From the NCBI GenBank assembly GCA_964521385.1, contig CAZFRU010000009.1, positions 40,254-104,253 of the forward strand: a stretch of DNA of 64,000 nt, written 5' to 3'. This document shows positions 60,003 to 64,000 of the stretch, one piece after another. The position numbers and the translations under genes are program-made. The notes under the pieces were generated by a model, which was given only the letters and a program-made list of their open reading frames with translations, made no database searches and was not told the DNA's origin. This DNA comes from an uncultured Gemmatimonadaceae bacterium (GTDB taxonomy: Bacteria > Gemmatimonadota > Gemmatimonadetes > Longimicrobiales > Gaopeijiaceae). The number at the start of each line of letters is the position of its first letter. Position 1 is the stretch's first letter.

Positions 60003-61964
60003 TCAGCGCCCCGCGAGCATCCAGGTCTTCAACTGCCCGCGGCCGGGAAGCTCCCGTACTCCGCCCGAGGTGAAGGCGTAGCCCTCGGCCAGGAGACGAT
60101 GCGCGTTGGGTGACACCACGATGCCATCGCCGGCCGCCCCACTGCCGAGGCCCCGCGCCAGATCCACGGGATCTCCCCAGAGCCGATACTCCTTGCGGCT
60201 CGCACCGAAGACGCCCGCGGTGACTTCGCCGCAATCGATCCCGGCTCGCAGCGGCGCATCGAGCCCCGAATCAGGGCCCAGCGCCTCGGCGAGATCGAGG
60301 GCCGTGTCGGCCACGGCCCCGATGTCGTCGTCGTCGGGCGTCGGGACTCCTGCGACGAGCATCACGCCGGTACCGGAGGCCGCCACCGTCTCGATCCGAT
60401 GCCTGTGGGCCACCTCTTCCAGCGCGGCCAGCAGCGCCTGGATGCGCCCCGCGACCCGGGCCGGATCCCGCACCCGATGGCGGGCCATGGCCTCGACATC
60501 GCACCAGAGCACCGCGGCCTGCCCATAGGTCTCGAGAATCCCGTCCTCGCCTGCACGGACCCGAGCCGCGATCGCGTCGGGAAACGAGCCCCGGAGCATG
60601 CCCAGGGTGAGGTCCTCCGCCCCTTCGAAGCGTGCCGAAGTCTGCAGGAGTCGGTCGCGCATGCGGCGGATCTCGAGTGAAGCACCGATCCGGGCCTGGA
60701 GGAGGGTCGGATGGAACGGCTTGTGCAGAAAATCGTCCGCGCCCAGCTCGATGCACCGGATCGCGCTGTCGACGTCGTCGAGCGACGAGAGCATGACCAC
60801 CGGTACCTGGGCCGTGCGCTCGTCGGCCTTGATCCGTCGCAACACCTCGAGCCCGTCGATCCCCGGCATGATCACGTCGAGCAGCACCAGATCGAAGTCA
60901 CGTTGCTCGAGCCGCTCGAGGCCGTTCCAACCATCGGCGGCGGTCTCGACCATGTAGCCCGCCCGTGCGAGTTGCCGCGACAAGAGCTCCCGGTTCATCG
61001 GATTGTCGTCGACGACGAGCAGCGATCCCATGCCATGATCGTTGGGCCCCGACGTCGGGCGCGCGCGTGCCAACACCTTTTCGGTGATGGTGCTCGCGGC
61101 GGCGACGCTTCCGGTCGACGCGTCGTAGGCCGTGGCGAGCTCGACGATGTCGGTGCTCCGTTCCAGAAGTTGCTGTCCGGCGGTGCGGATGCGTTCCAGA
61201 TCCGGCACGTATTGGTCACCCCCGTCTTCCTCGGCCGCCTCGATCAGCAGCTCCGCGTAGCCGATCACCGCATTGACGGGATTGCGCAGGTCGGCCCTGA
61301 TCGTCCCGCCGTAACTGTCCAACTCGAACTCGCCCGCCTTGTCGATCTTCTCGGGATCCAGGATCGAGTCGATCAGCCTCAGCAGCTGTCGGCCCGCCTC
61401 CCGGATCCGTTCGAGGTCGGGGGCCATCTGGTCGCGATCGGCGTCGTCGAGGTCTTCGAGCAGCATCTCCGAGTAGCCGAGGATTCCGTTGATCGGCGTC
61501 TTGAGTTCGTGACGAACGTGGCCGATGACCGCCCTGCGTAGACGTGCCGGATCGGGAGGCTCGGCCTCGGCCTCGGATGGTGGCTCCGGAATCGACGCCC
61601 GGGCCGCGATCGGACCCGGAGCGAGGGGCATGATCGCTCGCGCTCCCTTGCGGGTGACCCGACGCGACGCAGAGGCCGGCTCGGAAGTCGCCGCGGAGTC
61701 CGGCAACGGATCGGGCGCGGTGCGGGTCACCCCCTCCCGGGTGAGGTCGAAGGTCCAGGCCATGACGAGCACGACCGGAAAGCCCAGCAACAGCAGGATC
61801 GTGACGAGCCGGCTGCTCCAGTCGGGGAGCGCGAGCGCCTCGAAAATCGCACCCGACAACTCGATGACGGTCACCGTCACGACCACGTAGGCGATCGCGG
61901 TGGTATAGACCCGGCGGCGTTTGGCTTCCCGTGCCCAGTGGACGACGCGTTCAGCGAGGTTCAT
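60003..61964 (-). CDS. 2TM-DHp-DHp-REC-degenerate class III nucleotide cyclase
   Basis: EAKRRRVY N-terminal hairpin; RHELKTPIN; RADLRNPVN; LLVVDD/LLDVIMP/KP; cyclase fold with substituted catalytic residues. Confidence 0.85.
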   Translation of the reverse strand: MNLAERVVHWAREAKRRRVYTTAIAYVVVTVTVIELSGAIFEALALPDWSSRLVTILLLLGFPVVLVMAWTFDLTREGVTRTAPDPLPDSAATSEPASASRRVTRKGARAIMPLAPGPIAARASIPEPPSEAEAEPPDPARLRRAVIGHVRHELKTPINGILGYSEMLLEDLDDADRDQMAPDLERIREAGRQLLRLIDSILDPEKIDKAGEFELDSYGGTIRADLRNPVNAVIGYAELLIEAAEEDGGDQYVPDLERIRTAGQQLLERSTDIVELATAYDASTGSVAAASTITEKVLARARPTSGPNDHGMGSLLVVDDNPMNRELLSRQLARAGYMVETAADGWNGLERLEQRDFDLVLLDVIMPGIDGLEVLRRIKADERTAQVPVVMLSSLDDVDSAIRCIELGADDFLHKPFHPTLLQARIGASLEIRRMRDRLLQTSARFEGAEDLTLGMLRGSFPDAIAARVRAGEDGILETYGQAAVLWCDVEAMARHRVRDPARVAGRIQALLAALEEVAHRHRIETVAASGTGVMLVAGVPTPDDDDIGAVADTALDLAEALGPDSGLDAPLRAGIDCGEVTAGVFGASRKEYRLWGDPVDLARGLGSGAAGDGIVVSPNAHRLLAEGYAFTSGGVRELPGRGQLKTWMLAGR

Positions 61965-62231
61965 CACACCAGAATGCTCGTGGGCGGCGAAATTCGCCAG
62001 TCGGGCGGTGATTCTGTGGTGCTGAGTCCCGGCAGGGAGACGCGGTCGGTGAGGGTGGGCACGCGCCAACGCTTCGCCCATCGTCCATCGCGACCTGACC
62101 GGAGATCCTGGGACAATGGGCGCCGATGTCCACGCCGCCGCAAAGGCGACCCATCCAGGTATTGCGGGGGCGGGACCGCGACCAAAACGTTCTTTGGGGA
62201 TCCTGGCAACGCGTAACGGGGTTTGAGATCG

Positions 62232-62471
62232 GTGAGTCCGACGGTCTTCAGGGCAAGCGGCATGCGGTTCTTCTTCTTCTCACGGGAAGAAGAACGGATG
62301 CACATTCACGTGGTTGGCGAGGAAGGGGAGGCGAAGTTCTGGGTCGAGCCAGGGATCGAGTTGGCGCGGAACCACGGTTTCGCCGACAAGACGCTCGGCG
62401 CAGCGATGGACCTGATCAAGGAGCGGGAAGATGAGATCCGTAAAGCCTGGAACCAGCACTTTGGCCGTTGA
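62232..62471 (+). CDS. DUF4160 domain protein (putative toxin)
   Basis: SPTVFR..G.RFFFFSREE.RMHIHV...GEAKFW..W..HF. Confidence 0.88.
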   Translation: MSPTVFRASGMRFFFFSREEERMHIHVVGEEGEAKFWVEPGIELARNHGFADKTLGAAMDLIKEREDEIRKAWNQHFGR

Positions 62472-62715
62472 GCTTGCGAACGTCTCTCCGCATGGCTTCT
62501 GGCTGCTCGTCGACGCCCGGGAGCACTACCTCCCATTCGATGCCTTTCCTTGGTTTCACGACGCAACGATCAGACAGCTTTCCAGGATCGAGCGGCCCAC
62601 CCGCGATCATCTGTACTGGCCGGATCTCGACGTAGATCTGACGCTGGATAGCATCGAACGGCCGGGCGCGTACCCCCTCGTCAGCGTTCGCCGCGGGGCG
62701 ACTGCATCGACCTGA
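62431..62715 (+). CDS. DUF2442 domain protein (putative antitoxin)
   Basis: LPFDAFPWF..AT; LYWPDLDVDL..SIE.P; overlaps the DUF4160 gene. Confidence 0.88.
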   Translation: MRSVKPGTSTLAVELANVSPHGFWLLVDAREHYLPFDAFPWFHDATIRQLSRIERPTRDHLYWPDLDVDLTLDSIERPGAYPLVSVRRGATAST

Positions 62716-62888
62716 GGCGTGATCCGCGGGCGGGGCAGGTATTTCGGGCTGGATGCACTCGGCGGGAGCCCATGCCGCGAATCTTCGGTGCTCGCTGAGG
62801 GTCTGGAACCCCGCAAGCGGGCGACACCCCGAGGCTCCACGCGGAATCCCAGGGGCTGGGGGGGACACTCGAAGGGAGGACACGAACC

Positions 62889-63374
62889 ATGCGTGTAGTC
62901 GTGAACCTCGACGATGTCGTCGAGGCCATGGAGATTCCCGAGGAGTGGGCCTCATTCCTCGACCCGGACACGGGCGAGATCTTCACGGTGAGCGACGACG
63001 AAGGATTGGCCCTCGAGGAGGCCGAATCCGGTTCGGAAACGCCCCAGGCACCGAACCTCGAGCGGGACTCGCTGGCACGGCTGGGACGCCTGCTCGACTC
63101 CGGCCGCGCCCTGGCCCTTCCCGACAGCTTCGACATCCATGAATGGGACCTCATGAGGCGATTCGCGCAGTCGGTCGAAGATGCCGATGCGCGAGATGAG
63201 TTGGCCGATGTGATTCGAGGTTCCGGAGCCTTCCGGCGTTTCAAGGAATCCGTCGCTCGCCTCGGGCTTCGAGATCGGTGGTTCAACTACCGAGACGAGG
63301 CCCTGCGCAACATCGCGAGGGACTGGCTCGAGGCGAATGGGATCGAGTACGTCGAGCGAAGCTCAGCCTCGTGA
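62889..63374 (+). CDS. UPF0158 family protein
   Basis: FLDPDTGEI, EWDLMRRFA, RGSGAFRRFK, WFNYR, WLEANGI. Confidence 0.88.
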   Translation: MRVVVNLDDVVEAMEIPEEWASFLDPDTGEIFTVSDDEGLALEEAESGSETPQAPNLERDSLARLGRLLDSGRALALPDSFDIHEWDLMRRFAQSVEDADARDELADVIRGSGAFRRFKESVARLGLRDRWFNYRDEALRNIARDWLEANGIEYVERSSAS

Positions 63375-64000
63375 AAGGGTCGAGAGCTCCGACGGATCAC
63401 GGCAGGCCACATTCGCCGCTCGTGCCGCGTTACATGTGTATGGTCGCGGTGGGCGGCCTGCTTTCGCTCGCCGGTTGTGACGCCGACCCCCCGCCTTCGC
63501 CCTACGCGGCGCCACCCGACGCGCCGTACCGGGCGGAAGACGTCGAGTTCGCGGCTCTCGACGGCCGCACGCTCAGCGGTACGCTCACGCTACCCCTGGG
63601 TGGGGGGCCGTGGCCCGGAGTCGTGACGGTGAGCGGTTCGGGGCGACAGGACCGTGACGAGCACATCCGCGGCGTCGGGGCCGACCATCGGCCCTTTCGT
63701 GACATCGCCGATGCGCTCGCTCGACGGGGCGTCGCCACCCTTCGATTCGACGACCCCGGCGTGGGCGGGTCGGAAGCGCTTGGGGCCGATGCCACGCCCT
63801 TCGACTATGCCGACGACGTGCGCGCCGCCCTTGCCTACCTGCGGTCACGGCCGGAGGTCGACGGCACTCGGGCGGCGCTGCTCGGACACAGCGAGGGAGG
63901 GGTCGTAGCTCCGCACGTCGCCGCGTCGGATTCGCTCCTTGCCGGATTGGTACTCCTGGCGGCACCGGCCTACACGCTTCGGCGGGTCAACCGCCAGCAG
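63371..64000 (+). CDS. Alpha/beta-hydrolase lipoprotein, runs off the window
   Basis: Not in the ORF track. Manual translation gives LAGC lipobox, LSGTLTLP, SGSGRQDRDE, LRFDDPGVGGS, GHSEG. Start may be 63371, 63422 or 63434. Confidence 0.85.
   Translation, partial: MKGSRAPTDHGRPHSPLVPRYMCMVAVGGLLSLAGCDADPPPSPYAAPPDAPYRAEDVEFAALDGRTLSGTLTLPLGGGPWPGVVTVSGSGRQDRDEHIRGVGADHRPFRDIADALARRGVATLRFDDPGVGGSEALGADATPFDYADDVRAALAYLRSRPEVDGTRAALLGHSEGGVVAPHVAASDSLLAGLVLLAAPAYTLRRVNRQQ

Noticed and set aside
62716..62888. Integron attC site or tRNA remnant after DUF2442
   Set aside because: No RYYYAAC...GTTRRRY core pair or cloverleaf found.

Overview
High-GC bacterial chromosomal segment. The gene repertoire suggests Gemmatimonadota or a similar lineage (inference only). 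It holds about 47 genuine CDSs and one tRNA-Arg(CCG), with no integrase, transposase, CRISPR array or rRNA. Content: many exported peptidases/hydrolases (S12 x2, M28 x2, M14, S9); a DUF1800/DUF1501 pair; a GMC oxidoreductase with its small subunit; an atypical Hsp70 coupled to a HEAT protein; a four-gene operon (iodotyrosine deiodinase-like, GCS2-CBS ligase, AstE-like deacylase, SRAP); an exported cluster (FGE-like, Gfo/Idh/MocA, ApbE, TIM barrel); an ECF sigma/anti-sigma/VIT-vWA locus; a blue-copper lipoprotein; argJ; a large lectin/Ig lipoprotein; and a signalling island of two GAF kinases, a receiver and a DHp-DHp-REC-pseudo-cyclase. Best candidates for undescribed systems: (1) a shared N-terminal membrane hairpin linking TolB_N/TPR proteins to a catalytically degenerate cyclase phosphorelay protein; (2) a possible non-canonical ApbE flavinylation motif (DAVTRPS) in the FGE-like protein; (3) the GCS2-CBS ligase/deacylase pair. 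All family calls come from motif recognition by eye, and start codons were chosen manually.
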